Of a stretch of 64,000 bases of DNA, positions 52,101 to 63,923 are shown piece after piece (position 1 is the stretch's first letter; each line of letters begins with the position of its first letter). Both the position numbers and the translations under genes were made by a program. Below the pieces are notes generated by a model. The model searched no databases. It saw nothing but the letters and a program-made list of their open reading frames with translations, and was not told the origin of the DNA. Source of the DNA: Octopus sinensis (lineage: Eukaryota). The stretch is taken from NCBI RefSeq assembly GCF_006345805.1, contig NC_043010.1:47182001-47246000 (forward strand). Direction: 5' to 3'.

Positions 52101-55100
52101 CGCAGTCCGGGATTCGAGCTCACAATCTCACGATCGTAAGCTCGACGCTCTAACCACTGAGCCATGCGCCTTCTGTTGAGATATGTCAAGTATATTGGGG
52201 CAATGTGACTTGCAGAAAATACCAACTTATTTTTTGGTAGATATTAACATCATTACAGAAAGAACCATGAAATTCAATTCATAGTCAAAGGGTGAAGAAA
52301 GCCAAGATAATATAAAATAGTAGGAAAAACAAAATCATTCCGCTCCTGTTTTTCATGGCAGTATAAGCCAGAGATGTGGTAAAGATTCAAATGTTTTTCA
52401 CAAATATTTATGGTGCTTGCAAAAGCCAAATAATCTTCCTACTGTTTATATTTTTATTGCAATAAAAGTTTGATGCATTTTTCTCTCAATGATATAAACT
52501 AAGGTAAAACAAAATGTCTGGAAGAATTTGAACACATAAAAATTCTAACACCATCGTGTCTGATACATCACGACAATTTCTCGCATGCGCGCACACACAC
52601 ACACACACATATGCTTTCTCATAACTTTATAAAAAATTTGAAACACATATTTCTTCATCTAATGAGTGAACCATAGTAATTTTTATGTTAATCATTTAGC
52701 ATTCAGATTACTCTGTCAAATGTAATACTTGTTTATTCATATTGCTTTGAATTAATTATGCATTATCTTTTTAGCAATGTGATTATGATGTGATAGTTTT
52801 ATTTTACAGTGATATTGGAGGGAAAGAATGAGAGGTTAGATTTGGCCAGTTTCAACATAAAACAGGTAAAATATTTAAAAGTTTTATCCATGAAAGCATA
52901 TAATATTAATTTACAGCAGGAGTCTCTTCCTAGTGCTAGCTAATCACCTGTCGGACAAGAATGGTATCAAATTTGAAGTGAGCAAGCTTAAGACTATCAA
53001 GATAATGTGTTGAGCATGTTAACTTACCTTAAATGTAAATCAGATGAAAATTTCAAGCAAGCATTAATATACTCCTTGACTTCGTGATAAATTTTTGGTA
53101 CAAATTGAGAGAAAGGAAACTGTTTTGGAAAGTCATTCTGCAACATAAAACATAAAAATATATATTAAATATATAACAAAACAATGTTGTCATTGAAATA
53201 AAGTACCAAGATTACTTCTGGGATCCCCCCCAAAAAATGTATATATTTTATTCCTCTAGACTCAGTATATCATTATTATTATATTATCATCATTTGAACA
53301 ACCACTTTGCCAGGCTTGTATGGGTAAGCTGGAGTCTGTTGAGGTGAATTTTCTACAGTTGGCTGTCTTTCCTATTACCATCCCTTACCTGTTTCCAGGT
53401 AAAGTAACATATCTCCATGACTTGACATGTCTTCACAGAAGATTGGAAAAAAAAAGACACTGCTTGCATGACAGCGACACTCATTTACAACTTTCACACG
53501 ACATCAAAGCAAGTGCCTTATGATACCATGAAATTGTAATATTTTTACTAATTTCTTAATCATGATTAGCAAAAGTGAAATTGCTTGACTATGTAAATAT
53601 TTAATCTTATATAAAAATACATACATTCTGTGCATTTTCCTTCCTCTCATATTTTTCACTATATCTATCTATCTATCTATACAGACAGACACACACATAC
53701 ACTAGTTTTCTTTCAGAGTCTGCTTACCAAATCCACCTCACATAGTTTTGGTCAACTCAGGGCTATAGGAGAAGATATTTGCTCAAGGTGCCATGCAATG
53801 GGACGGAACCTGAAACCATGTAGTTGGGAAGCAAACTTCTTACCACACAGCCACGTCTGTACCTTAGTATACAAATCATAGCACTTCATAGATATGCAAG
53901 TGGTTGAGATTTGTTGCTTTTTCTTTTGTATCTAATTAAAAAAAAAAAAAACTCTTTATTAGTTGGATCTGGAGGAAGGATTGTTGTGCAGGCACTCTAA
54001 AACTGGTGAGGTGAACTTGGTGAAAATACCTCTTGAATATTTACAGGTAAGACAAATGCAAGAGAATTCCTGTGGGTCAATGTTCTCAAGGACGAGGCAT
54101 AGAGGTTAATAATGAAGTCTAGAAATAGGGTGGCTGAACATTGCAGGATTTGAACTCAGAGTACTGAGACAGAACAAATAAAATAAAGTGAATCCTGTGA
54201 AAATAGGTTACGGAAGGCATCACACGATTACTTACCGCTGTTAATTGTTCTGATAAAGGAAAATCTCCCATAATTGTCTGAAAGTCTTTCTCATTTTCTA
54301 TGTACATTGGTGTGTAGTTGTCATCACTGAAGATTCGGTCAAATATTGCTGCCCACTTTGTCATCAACATCTCATTATATTGATCCCTACAACAACAAAA
54401 CAAGTCAATGATTGATTGAGTTATTACTTTTCAACTTATCATTTAAGACAGTCTTATCCCTTTTTTTTAATTGTTCTTCATCACCCACATAACTGTTCTG
54501 CAGGCTGAGTCACAGGCAGTAAATAATTCTCCATAGATACAAGCTGTATTCATTATGCAAAACTTATTTTCAAATCATCATTTAATGTTTGTAGTCCAAG
54601 CTGGCATGGGTTGGATGGTTTGATCAGAGCTGGTAAGCTGAGGGGCTGCACCAGACTCCAGTCGGATTTGGGATGGTTTCTATGACTGGATGCCCTTCCT
54701 AACACCAACCACTCCAAGAATGTAATGGGTGCTTTTATATGCCACCAGCATGGGTGCCAGTTGTGTGTCACCAGTATCTGCCAGGAATACTGTTTCACTT
54801 GGTTTGATATGTCTTCTCAAGCACAGCATATCGCCAAAGGTCTTGGTCATTTGTCATTGGCTCCATGAGGTCCAGCACTCAAATGGTGCTTTTTATGTAC
54901 CACCAACAGAGGTGCTAGTTATGTGACATCAACAACGGCCACAACTATGATTTCACTTGGCTTGAAAGGTCTTCCCAAGCACAGTATATCGCCAAAGGCC
55001 TCAGTCACTAGTGATTGCCTCTGTGAGGCCTAACATTTGTCCCATGCCTTCCTGTTTCTCCCTCTTGTTAATTATTACAATGAATAGAAAACTGTATTCA

Positions 55101-58100
55101 ATATTAAACATTTCAAAAGTCTATTTTCACAAAATAGGTTTTTGATTGTTTCATTCAAAGTGAACGATGTATCTTCTTGGTTTGACAGACAAAAGAGCAA
55201 AACAAAAATCATTAATTAATTATAACCTAATGAAGAAAAGCATAAAGGAACCAAAAAATAAAAAAAATACTAACCTGATCTCAAGTAATAATTCTAAAAG
55301 GTGCCCCACACTGAAACCATAACCCTGAAGATATGAAGATATAATCAGAATATTATTAGAAGAACTCATTTAAACTATCATCATCATCATCATCATTATC
55401 ACAACAATCATACATATATCATCATAACAACTATTTCACTTACTATTCTTTTAAAACTCACTCTTTTTCCTGGTTGTCTCAAAAATTACAAAATAACAAA
55501 AAGGTTTACTACATCAGATCTATCCATACATCCCAGGAAAAAGACAAATTGACATCAATTTCGAATTGGTACCAACAAAACTATCATTACGCTAATTAAT
55601 TCCCCTGAATAGCATAAATTGCAGTTTTTTTTTTTGTCGTTGGTCAGAAAATGTTATTTTCTATTTCCTTCTACCTACAAATCAAAAGAAATGACTACTA
55701 TTCCGTTCGAACTTTGCTTTTGTCACCTGGACATCAATGTTTTGAAACTGACCAATTTTCCATTACATTTCAGACAGATTCAGTGCTGAGTTGCTGAAGC
55801 AGAAATATCGTTATAGCAAATATTCTGCTCAATATGACAGATTTGCTTCTCAGTTGCTTGACCTTAACCATTTTAGTATGTCCCTTAATGGTTGACAATA
55901 TGTGCATCTTTAATCATGAGGAGTAGTGGGGTGCAGCCTCATAGTCATGAATTCAGAAGGATTCTTTGGGGTTTGAATAGATGTAAGAAAAGCAAATGAT
56001 TAACCATTTTTCATACTTTCTAGTGGTATGCAAATAGGAAATAACAGTTGCTACCCAAGGATAAAAATTGTGCTACAGTTTGTCTTATCCAGTTTGAGGT
56101 ACTTCAAACTGGATAAGACAACATTGCACTGTATACAAAATAATGTTTGTATAAAAAAGAATATTGTTACAATTCTAGAAACAGTATAACACATACAGTG
56201 TATCTATGCATAGTCAATTCACATAAATAAGATAAAAATCTCCCAGTGGAGAAGCTCATTGAAGTCAATGTCAAAATCAATATTATCAATACTCGAACAC
56301 TTATCTTTCTGTATTGGCTTTTAAGAGTCATATTGCCTTGTTACCTCGTCAATAAGGCTCAATCTTCTAAGAACCTGCAGTTTCATTCATTATCTCATCA
56401 ACAAGGTGCATCCTTCTAAAGTTGGATATGGATATACATACCCACATTCCAAATCATTTTTAGCTGATCTTTAGTTTGAGCAAGCCCTACAACCATTTTA
56501 ATACCAAGTTTAATCCAACATTAACCTTTTTGTTACCATATTTCTGTTGAAATACACACTATAATTCAATAATTTTGAAAATAATGAAGAATTTAGTAAA
56601 ATAACTGCCATTATTAAGTTGATGTTTGGAACATAAATAAATGTGAAATTTTGATGGATGATCTTAGTTCAGATCACTTTAAAACAGTAGATTTGTATCA
56701 TAGAACTGGTAGGGTTGGGAAAGTTTTGCATTTGTTGCTAACAAAAGTGTTAATCATCGATTCATCATCATCATCATTTAACGTTCGCTTTCCATGCTAG
56801 CATGGGCTGGACGATTTGACTGAGGGCTGGCGAGCCAGATGGCTGCACCAGGCTTCAATCTTGATCTGGCAGAGTTTCTACAGCTGGATGCCCTTCTTAA
56901 CATTAATCACTCCGAGAGTGTAGTGAGTGCTCTTACATGCCACCAGCACAAGGGCCAGTCAGGCAGCACTGGCAATGACCTCGCCCGAATCTTTTACACA
57001 TGTCACTGGCGCAGGTGCCAGTAAGGCGATGCTGGTAATGAACCCGCTCGAATGGCATTTTTTACGTACCACTGGCACGGAAGCCAGATAGCCGCTCTGG
57101 CAACGATCACGCTCGTATGGTGCTCTGAATACCATACTAGCACGGGGCTCGAGTGCCAGTAGTGCGACGCTGGTAATGATCATGCTTGAATGGTGCCTTT
57201 TAAGTGCCACTGGCATGGAAGCCGGTTAGCCGCTCTGTCAATGATCACACATATCATATTATTTTACATGCTTAAAATATTATATTTGACAATCTCGTAT
57301 TTGTACTTTTGGCTTTGATGCCCAGTCACTACTACAGTTAACTTTCAGTCAATTTGTCTGAGGGCCATAATAGAACTGAAAGAAGTTTACTCACCCGCAG
57401 TGTATGGCAGAACAAAAGAATAAGGTTTTTAATTTCCAACATGATATTCTCAGAATTGCAATATCCCTGAAATACAAAAAGACAGCTGAGTTTGGGTGGT
57501 GAAATTTTGATAAAATTTTTTATAAAGAGACACAAAAACTGAGAAATGAAGTTTCTGATAACAAAAAGGATTTTGTAGCTCAAAATAAAGATTTTAGATT
57601 CTATATAAATGCCATCAAATATAATATTTAGTGTAAAAGGCTTGTTTCCTTAATAAATAAATGCGATCACATATACAAGACAATAAGGATTTTTTATATC
57701 TGTGGTTCTTAATCTGTGTGGTAGTGGCCCTTTGGGGGCATTGTGTGTTCAGAAAAGGGACAGTAAATGTTGAAGTGTGCAATGGGGGTGGAGGCAGTGC
57801 GTATTTAGAGGGATTACGATTTTCCTTATAAATACAATATTTAAAGCAATATTTCAAACATTTTTTTTACAATAATATTTTTCAAGATTAAAATATGAAC
57901 AGGAAGAACATTGCATTATTATTGAGCAGAGACATGGTTGATGATGCACTAAGGTCCAGTATAATTTTCTTATTTAAGCTTCCATTTTTAGTCATTTCCA
58001 TAGGGGCCACCAGTCGACACAAACATCTAGAAATGAGGCACATGCTTGACAGGATACTATAATATGAATAAATATATCATTGCTTAAACCATTAACGTTC

Positions 58101-58818
58101 AGATTATTCTGTCAAATGTAATGCTTATTTGCTCAAAGTGGTTTGAATTAATCATGCTTTATCTCGTTGCTTCTAGATTCCAATGAGGTGATAGTATATT
58201 TTTATATGGCTAATTTAAATGCCAAAGGGTGAAAACTGGCTTCAGTTTGATTAAAATGATCTACTGCTTTTTATTTTTCATTTTTTGTTACAACATGGGT
58301 AGGGAGTTGTTTGCAAAATCCTACTCTTTAAAAGGGGGCACTGAGTTACAAAAGGTTGAAAACATATGGTCACTCAATCTGCTAGAAATAGCTGCCACAT
58401 TTTTTCTAAATCATATCCCATCAACTTGAAGAAGGATAAATTGAACAATATAGGTATACATATATATATGTTACATAGGAAGTTATGAAGATAAACACAA
58501 GCTTCATACAAATATATTTATATGGAGCACAAAGAAATTGAGAATAAAAGTACTGAATAAGATAAGCTTATCTTAATCTGTACTTTTATTCTCTATTTTT
58601 TTTTGCACTTCATGTAAATGTATAATTTTGTCAAGTATAACTGTATTTATCTCTATTACTTCCATCATATCAGCTCAATTTGGATTTCTTCTACACCCAT
58701 TCCTGATGGTATGGGCCTTGCCTGGACCAAATATTTAAAGTTTAAATCCTCTTGAGTACTATGATGAGTTTTCTATACTGAGCATACCCAGCTCTCACAC
58801 CAACTCTCTCTCTCTCTA

Positions 58819-58852
<34 letters not shown>

Positions 58853-59107
58853 CACACACATATATATATATCTGTAAATGTAATATGTGACAATTATTCG
58901 GTAGCCATGATAAAACTCCAAGTTTCGAATGCCAAGGTGGAAATCCATGCCACCATCTCTTCAGTTATCTGGCCATCGGAAAAATACGAAACTCGGAGTT
59001 TTATCATGGCTACCGAATAATTGTCACATATTACATTTACAGTTAAATTCCTCTATTTTCATAATATCGAGGTCTCTTTCATTCTTTTGTTGTCTTACCA
59101 TTTTAAT

Positions 59108-59145
<38 letters not shown>

Positions 59146-61653
59146 TTGAAATGTACAAAAAAACAAAAGGTAGAAAGAGATGAGGGAACAACAAGCAAGG
59201 TGTATTAATTTGATGCTGGGGAAAAATGTAAAAGTCTTTGACATTTCCAGCCTGTGCTCTTTGACAGAAAAGAATGAGAAAAAAATGGAGAGAAAGGAAA
59301 AAAAATGGAGAGAGATAAAAAATGTATATATATGTATGTATGCATGCATGTATGTATGTTAAAGACAATGTTTTTTGTATTTGGGATCCCTTTGATCCTA
59401 GTTTGTTTGGTCAGGGATGACTTGGCACTAAACAACAACAATTATCACATATAAATAATATTAACACATTTTATCCTACTTGTAATGTATAATGGTAGCT
59501 TCAGTAAAATTCGTTTTCCTGTTGTTGTTAATATAAAGAAACAAGAAAAAAACTTTTCTGCTTGTATTATGTACAACATTGCAGTTAGTCATAAAACAAA
59601 GCAGTAAAATTATGCCATATTGATACTTTAAGGAAATATATTTTAAAGTTAAACTGATGTGTGTGTGAGAGAGGGAAGGGCCCTGATAAACTTACACAAT
59701 TCCTACGCAATTCAGCAGCTATTTTTGACACAGCCATTTCCCATAATTCATCCATATAGGCCTGGTTTACAAGACCACTTGTTGTGTTCAGAATGTGATC
59801 TTCCACCACAAAAAATCTGAAATGGTATAAAACAAAGAATTATCACTAACACATCAACAATGATTGAGAGAGAGAGAAAACAAAATATGTCATTAAATAA
59901 GACAAACATGGAACTTAAGAAAAATCGTTTTACAATTAAGCCTCTTGTCTCCTAATAACTAACTTCAGGAACCATTGAAGGATCCTCTACATGGGTGCTC
60001 AGACTGCTAGAAATAGCAGCTAAATCTTTCTTAAATCACACCATACTGTCTTTGAAAAAACTATAGCACTTGGAGGATAATGTGGTTGTAGATGCTTTGT
60101 TTGAATAAAAGATGGAATGGTCATGGCTGGAATGCTTTTGGTCATAGGTCTGCTTGATCATTGTTGACTCAGAGCTGAAGTACAACTATTAAACTCCAAT
60201 CATGGAACATCTCTGATCGTGGATTTGCTTAGTCAGGTCTGGACTGGGGTTCAAAAACAACCATAACTGGTACTTTATCAATTTCTCAGTGATGTAAAGC
60301 AAAACTAACTTTGAAGTCAAAATTAAATATTCTAAGTCATACATTCATAGCCTACAAAGTGTAAGACTTGTTAGAGAAGAGCTGTGACTGTGTTACATTC
60401 ATGCTTTTATATTACAGAAGGTATCAGAATACTTAAACTTTGACTTACCCAACAACATCATGAAAATACAATTTATAGGAATCTAAACTTTCATACTGAA
60501 ATGAAAAGAAAACATGAAATTTAAAGGATACGTAAGAAATATTACTTTTATAACAGTGCTCTGTTTCTAATGTTTCTAAAACATTAACATTCCAGAGAAA
60601 TGTTTTATTGATCACTCAATGTAATTTAAATACCTTAATAATCATTCCATTTTGACGTCTACTTTTCCATACTTATATCATGAAGGTTAAATAGAACATA
60701 TAATAGAGTTAGAGTTAGCTGAATCAACAGGGACTATTCAAGGGCCATAGTTCATACAGTACTACCAGTGGCATAGCTAGAGTATGTCTCCCATTCAACC
60801 CCAACAAACAGCCTATGCTGGTTTATATAGCAAGCTCCAAACTGCTGCCTTCATATGCAGCTATGCTATCACTGTTGTGATAACTCTAAGACAAAGTGAG
60901 AGACCACTAAGTGGACCTTCTAGAAATAGCAGCCAACTCTCACCCCCCAAATCACAACCTACTATCTTAAACAGGAAGAACACTGGATAATGCAGCATGA
61001 AATGTACTATGGCTGGTAATAATAAAATGAGATAATAACAGCTGGATGGCTGTTAACCATAGGAGTTTGATAAGGGTTGACCTGAAGCTAAACAACAATA
61101 ACTCATTTAATAGCCTAGTTTATCAACAGATATTGATGATGCAACTTAAAATAAGGTCATAAGCATGGTTTCATGCCATTCAGCATATTATATAACAATT
61201 CAATGTTTCATTAATTTTTAGTACTGAGGTCACTTTAAGCTTGTAGATGGCAATGGCCATGCGGTTAAGAAGTTTGGGTTTCAAGTTTGGTCCCACACCA
61301 TGGCATCTTAGGCAAGTGTCTTCATCTACAGATTCTACTGAACACTGCCTTAAGAGCAAAACCCAAAGACAGTAACAGTGTGGAAGCCTGAAATGTACAT
61401 ATGTATATTTGAATGTATGTATGTGCACGTTTGGATTATTTACACATGTCTCTCCATTTCTGTTTTGATGTTAACACTGCTTGAGAACCAGTGTTCAGCA
61501 TTCATATTCGTTAACTTAGCAGTTTGATAAATAGAGATCATCATCAAGTACTAGATTTAAAAGTAAGAATTAAGGGCCAATATGATCAACTTTAAACCCT
61601 TCAAGGCAGTGCCCCAGCATGGATGCAGTCCAACAATTTAAACATGAAATTAA

Positions 61654-61706
<53 letters not shown>

Positions 61707-63923
61707 TGAAATTATTGTATACAGTGCTCAGGTGCACCACAACTCGTCAGAAAGTGAGTATAAAGTATATGCAGTAATGTACAAATGTCTGGAAAGTGAA
61801 CAATGTATGAGTCAGATACATGCTTGTGTGTATAGAGGGGAGAAAATCAGGTGTAGTGTTGGCGAATCTCAGAATGAAATTAACAAAACACTCCTAAGAT
61901 ATATTATGCAAGCTCTATGAGCTGGTACTTTTACACTCACAATCACTAAACCATTTTGAAAAATGCAGATAGTAAAGACACTAAACTTCTGCAGACAAGT
62001 GACTATGAACAAGAGGTTCTGGAATCATTGTTTTCATTTATAGTTTTGTCTATTTTTATATCCTTTCAATGACCCATGTTAGCAAGGGTCAGATAGCGTT
62101 GTGAATTTTAAATAGTTGCATAAACTATTGCAATAAGCTGCCATAAATCATCATTATTCTCTTAATGCTAGTTTTAGACTGGATTACAAATGTGTACTGT
62201 AGTACGTATGGCCACTCCTGTTGATGAATCTGTGAGGATCAATGTCCTGAATTCTGATTTCATCTATGCTACCTTTAGTGAATTGGTTTCCTGAAAAGGT
62301 TAAATAATATTAATAAGCTTTGAATTAAGTTGCCACAGTATGAAGATGATGTGTATGCAAATAAGAATAAAATAAAAATATGTATGTGTGTGTATATATA
62401 TATATATATATAAAGAAGCAAGACATACCATGTTTTGCGAAGGTTTTAAGGATAAACGCGCTTGTTTTCGCCTCTGTTTCCGGTAGTATGTTTCAAAAGT
62501 TTCCCGTGCACCCTAGACAGAATAAGAGAAAAGTGAAATTAAAAGGAACCAGTGGTTTATTTCAGTTTGTTTACTACTTCAGCTCAACAGCTGAGATAAA
62601 TAACAATGATAAATAAGGTGCATGATATTGCTAGAGTGATACTATACAAAAATGGAAACTACTAAAATAAAATAAAACCTATGAATTAGAATGATAAGAA
62701 ACCAAAGATTTGGCACAATAATGCCTTTACTGAGGACACAAGTGAAACCATCATAAGTGAGAGCTGATATGGAGGTGTATTAAGTGCTCACCACAAATAA
62801 CAAAACCTTACACAAACTAATATTTAGGAGGTTGAAGGTGGTGAGCTAGCAGAATCATTAGCACACCAGGCAAAAATGTTTAGCGGAATTTTGTCCTACT
62901 TTACATTCTGAGTTCAAATTCTGCCAATGTTGATTTTTAAGGTGACGTGCTGGCAGAATCACTAGCATGCCAAGCAAAATTCTGAGTGGAATTGCATTTG
63001 TCTTTACATTCTGAGTTCAAATTCCACTGAGGTCGACTTTGCTTTTCATCCTTTTGGGCTCGATAAAAAGAGTGCCAATTGAACGCTGGAGTTGTTGTAA
63101 TTGACATACCTGCTCCCTTGAAGTTGCTGGCCTTGTACCAAAATTTGAAATCATTATTCGTATTATTAAGGTAGCAAGGTGGACAAAGTGTTTAGTGGTA
63201 TTTTGTACATCTTCATGTTTTGAGTTGGGGTTGACTTTGCCTTTCATCCTTTTAGGGTTGACAAAATAGGTACCAGTCAAGTACTAAGGTTGATGTAATC
63301 AACTTCTCCCACCCAACAAAGACTTCTAACCTTGTGTCAAAATTTGAAACAGTTCTTATTATTAATATTATAAGCACATTAGGGTAGTGGGTTGGCAGAA
63401 TCAGTAGAGGTGGGTAAAACTATCATCATCACTGAAAGTTTGCTTTTAACATGCTTGCATGGGTTGGACTGGCCTTCTTTAGCAAAGCATCCCACTGCTT
63501 GTTGCAGTCCCTTATCAACATGTTCATTGAAGTCCAACCTCCTGAGATCTTTCATCACATCTTCTCATGTCTTCTTTTTCTGAGTATAATATGAAATCAA
63601 ATACACAATATACCTTTGCTTTACATTCCCTTGCTTAAATAAAGTACCAGTCAAATATTGGGGATGACATAAATGACTATCTACCCATCCCGAAAAAAAT
63701 GGTTAGCCTTGTGTGTATTTAAAAAAATTATAGTTTTATTCATGCCATTGCCTATGTTACATTCCTAGTAAAAACATTTGATTCTTTCCAAGTTTACACA
63801 GCCAAAGTGTTAAGAATCAAACACAAAAACCAGTATTTTTTCGATAATACTTACCAAAACTGAATATATATGAAGGCATCTGTAAACTGGTGAGAAGTCA
63901 ATTAGGTCCTGAGCACTAAGTTC
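36987..63923 (-). CDS. EXOC6: Exocyst complex component 6 / Sec15, 3' 17 coding exons (1605 nt, 534 aa plus stop); 5' part outside window
   Basis: Spliced frame holds recognisable Sec15 blocks: DFSPVYRCLHIYSVL, YYRKQRRKQARL, GFFVVEDHIL, RDQYNEML, TEIDDMIRKSTN.LLTRTL, YDW...ASGYLMDLIAFL, ACMSACKH, QQFNLDLIQCE, DWSVYLADYGQ, ERDKKKLLDTVLKQL. All introns are GT-AG and the frame is continuous. Confidence 0.97.
37318..37722 (-). mobile_element. SINE B
   Basis: Full-length copy in the last EXOC6 intron. Confidence 0.85.
38095..38840 (-). mobile_element. Second Tigger/pogo-like copy, with nested RTE tail at 38505-38675
   Basis: KKASSKQTTPDLFFKK resembles a Tigger transposase C-terminus; aligns with 23770-24620. 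Confidence 0.65.
39480..39592 (-). CDS. EXOC6: EXOC6 exon (LLDLLLNWDWSVYLADYGQ...SLLEK)
   Basis: tactag|...|gtaagt, 113 nt, phase 0-2. Confidence 0.96.
40464..40537 (-). CDS. EXOC6: EXOC6 exon (QFAASDPVSGFNDGTLLLAFADLRQ)
   Basis: tttcag|...|gtaagg, 74 nt, phase 1-0. Confidence 0.96.
40578..40987 (-). mobile_element. SINE B
   Basis: Full-length copy; partial minus copies also at 1620-1745, 10670-10815, 31130-31345, 53680-53862. Confidence 0.85.
41400..42130 (+). mobile_element. RTE LINE remnant with 3' tail
   Basis: LEVVISFCYLGD...RTGW..FRELLPLL; same 3'UTR and (GAT)n tail as 3500-3850. Confidence 0.75.
42171..42312 (-). CDS. EXOC6: EXOC6 exon (EKVARTACMSACKH...LIQCE)
   Basis: ctacag|...|gtgagt, 142 nt, phase 0-1. 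Confidence 0.96.
43480..43850 (+). pseudogene. Helitron RepHel PIF1-type helicase C-terminal fossil
   Basis: Frameshifted translation ISLQQSDTKLPFTLK / QFPLKHILIMMITKSQGQSLKRSTLYVLIPVFTHGQLYVAISR resembles the motif QFP.RLAFAMTINKSQGQSL...PVF.HGQLYVA.SR. Confidence 0.8.
44365..44471 (-). CDS. EXOC6: EXOC6 exon (ANYDWALMESKGHASGYLMDL...TNLP)
   Basis: tttcag|...|gtaagt, 107 nt, phase 1-0. Confidence 0.96.
45210..45370. repeat. About 160-bp palindrome centred on TTAATTAAATTAA
   Basis: Arms ATAGGGTTACC...TGTCTTGTTAGACC and GGTCTGACAAGACA...GGTAACCCTAT. Confidence 0.75.
45806..45878 (-). CDS. EXOC6: EXOC6 exon (DARSEAEEYIYKQLNVKIDEFLDL)
   Basis: cttcag|...|gtatgt, 73 nt, phase 0-1. Confidence 0.95.
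46148..46667. mobile_element. piggyBac-type MITE (TTAA-CC..GG-TTAA) with RTE-tail insertion at 46190-46495
   Basis: Termini TTAACCTTTCAGCATTC and GAATGTTAAAGGGTTAA. Other copies at about 26765-26970, 43915-44150, 50310-50500, 52695-52870, 58090-58260. Confidence 0.7.
48425..48479 (-). CDS. EXOC6: EXOC6 exon (AEKDSIHVAKLHGTSMFK)
   Basis: ttttag|...|gtaagt, 55 nt, phase 2-0. Confidence 0.93.
48626..48705 (-). CDS. EXOC6: EXOC6 exon (LIQISINMNNLEKSC...NITG)
   Basis: tttcag|...|gtaagt, 80 nt, phase 0-2. Confidence 0.94.
49330..49900 (-). mobile_element. Mariner transposase N-terminal remnant
   Basis: AILLHEFKIEHRAVKTTCNIN...TVQHWFSK / LRAIIEVDP...GKSRKPD resembles the mariner HTH region; several stops. 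Confidence 0.75.
49935..50310 (+). mobile_element. SINE B
   Basis: Near full-length copy. Confidence 0.85.
50800..51190 (-). mobile_element. RTE-BovB-like RT C-terminal remnant
   Basis: KTWMLFRKVIRTFE...RCIL...TEIL...IHVEAMITKHIL / LPNTVFFCELT...KKCWKDHLK. Confidence 0.65.
51545..51656 (-). CDS. EXOC6: EXOC6 exon (SHTEIDDMIRKSTN...SLLQ)
   Basis: tcacag|...|gtaagt, 112 nt, phase 2-0. Confidence 0.96.
51852..52170 (-). mobile_element. tRNA-derived SINE family D with 12-bp TSD
   Basis: Head GAAGGCGCATGGCTCAGTGGTTAGAGCG...; TTCTGTTGAGAT at 51840-51851 and 52171-52182. Other copies: 23915-24225(-), 47660-48000(-), 51195-51425(-). Confidence 0.85.
53028..53137 (-). CDS. EXOC6: EXOC6 exon (NDFPKQFPFSQFVP...SDLHL)
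   Basis: ttgcag|...|gtaagt, 110 nt, phase 0-2. Confidence 0.95.
54236..54386 (-). CDS. EXOC6: EXOC6 exon (DQYNEMLMTKW...SEQLTA)
   Basis: ttgtag|...|gtaagt, 151 nt, phase 2-0. Confidence 0.95.
55275..55324 (-). CDS. EXOC6: EXOC6 exon (GYGFSVGHLLELLLEIR)
   Basis: cttcag|...|gttagt, 50 nt, phase 0-2. Confidence 0.93.
56760..57250 (-). mobile_element. RTE 3'UTR copy with internal tandem units of about 60 bp
   Basis: (CAT)n-ttaacgttcgctttccatgctagcatgg... Other short copies: 17640-17865(-), 31625-31820(-), 38505-38675(+), 47205-47260(+), 54575-55040(-). Confidence 0.8.
57395..57466 (-). CDS. EXOC6: EXOC6 exon (GYCNSENIMLEIKNLILLFCHTLR)
   Basis: tttcag|...|gtgagt, 72 nt, phase 0-0. Confidence 0.94.
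58872..59042. mobile_element. Young MITE-like foldback with 48-bp perfect TIRs
   Basis: CTGTAAATG...AAAACTCC (58872-58919) is the exact reverse complement of 58995-59042. Confidence 0.75.
59696..59816 (-). CDS. EXOC6: EXOC6 exon (FFVVEDHIL...ELRRNC)
   Basis: tttcag|...|gtaagt, 121 nt, phase 2-0. Confidence 0.96.
59985..60180 (+). repeat. Old interspersed repeat family F
   Basis: CTGCTAGAAATAGCAGC.AAATCT...GGTCATGGCTGGAATG...GATCATAGGTCTG recurs at 2270-2465(-), 25385-25515, 34680-34850, 35000-35100, 35450-35570, 58340-58450, 60880-61100. Confidence 0.65.
60449..60495 (-). CDS. EXOC6: EXOC6 exon (YESLDSYKLYFHDVVG)
   Basis: tttcag|...|gtaagt, 47 nt, phase 0-2. Confidence 0.93.
62429..62512 (-). 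CDS. EXOC6: EXOC6 exon (GARETFETYYRKQRRKQARLSLKPSQNM)
   Basis: gtctag|...|gtatgt, 84 nt, phase 0-0. Confidence 0.96.
62837..63410 (+). mobile_element. Tandem cluster of SINE A copies
   Basis: Three to four successive plus-strand heads or bodies. Confidence 0.75.
63855..63923 (-). CDS. EXOC6: EXOC6 exon (ELSAQDLIDFSPVYRCLHIYSVL)
   Basis: tttcag|...|gtaagt, 69 nt, phase 0-0. Confidence 0.96.

Noticed and set aside
1181-63923. Functional DNAL1-EXOC6 ciliary cluster
   Set aside because: Sec15 has roles in ciliogenesis, but adjacency alone is weak evidence and I have no synteny data.
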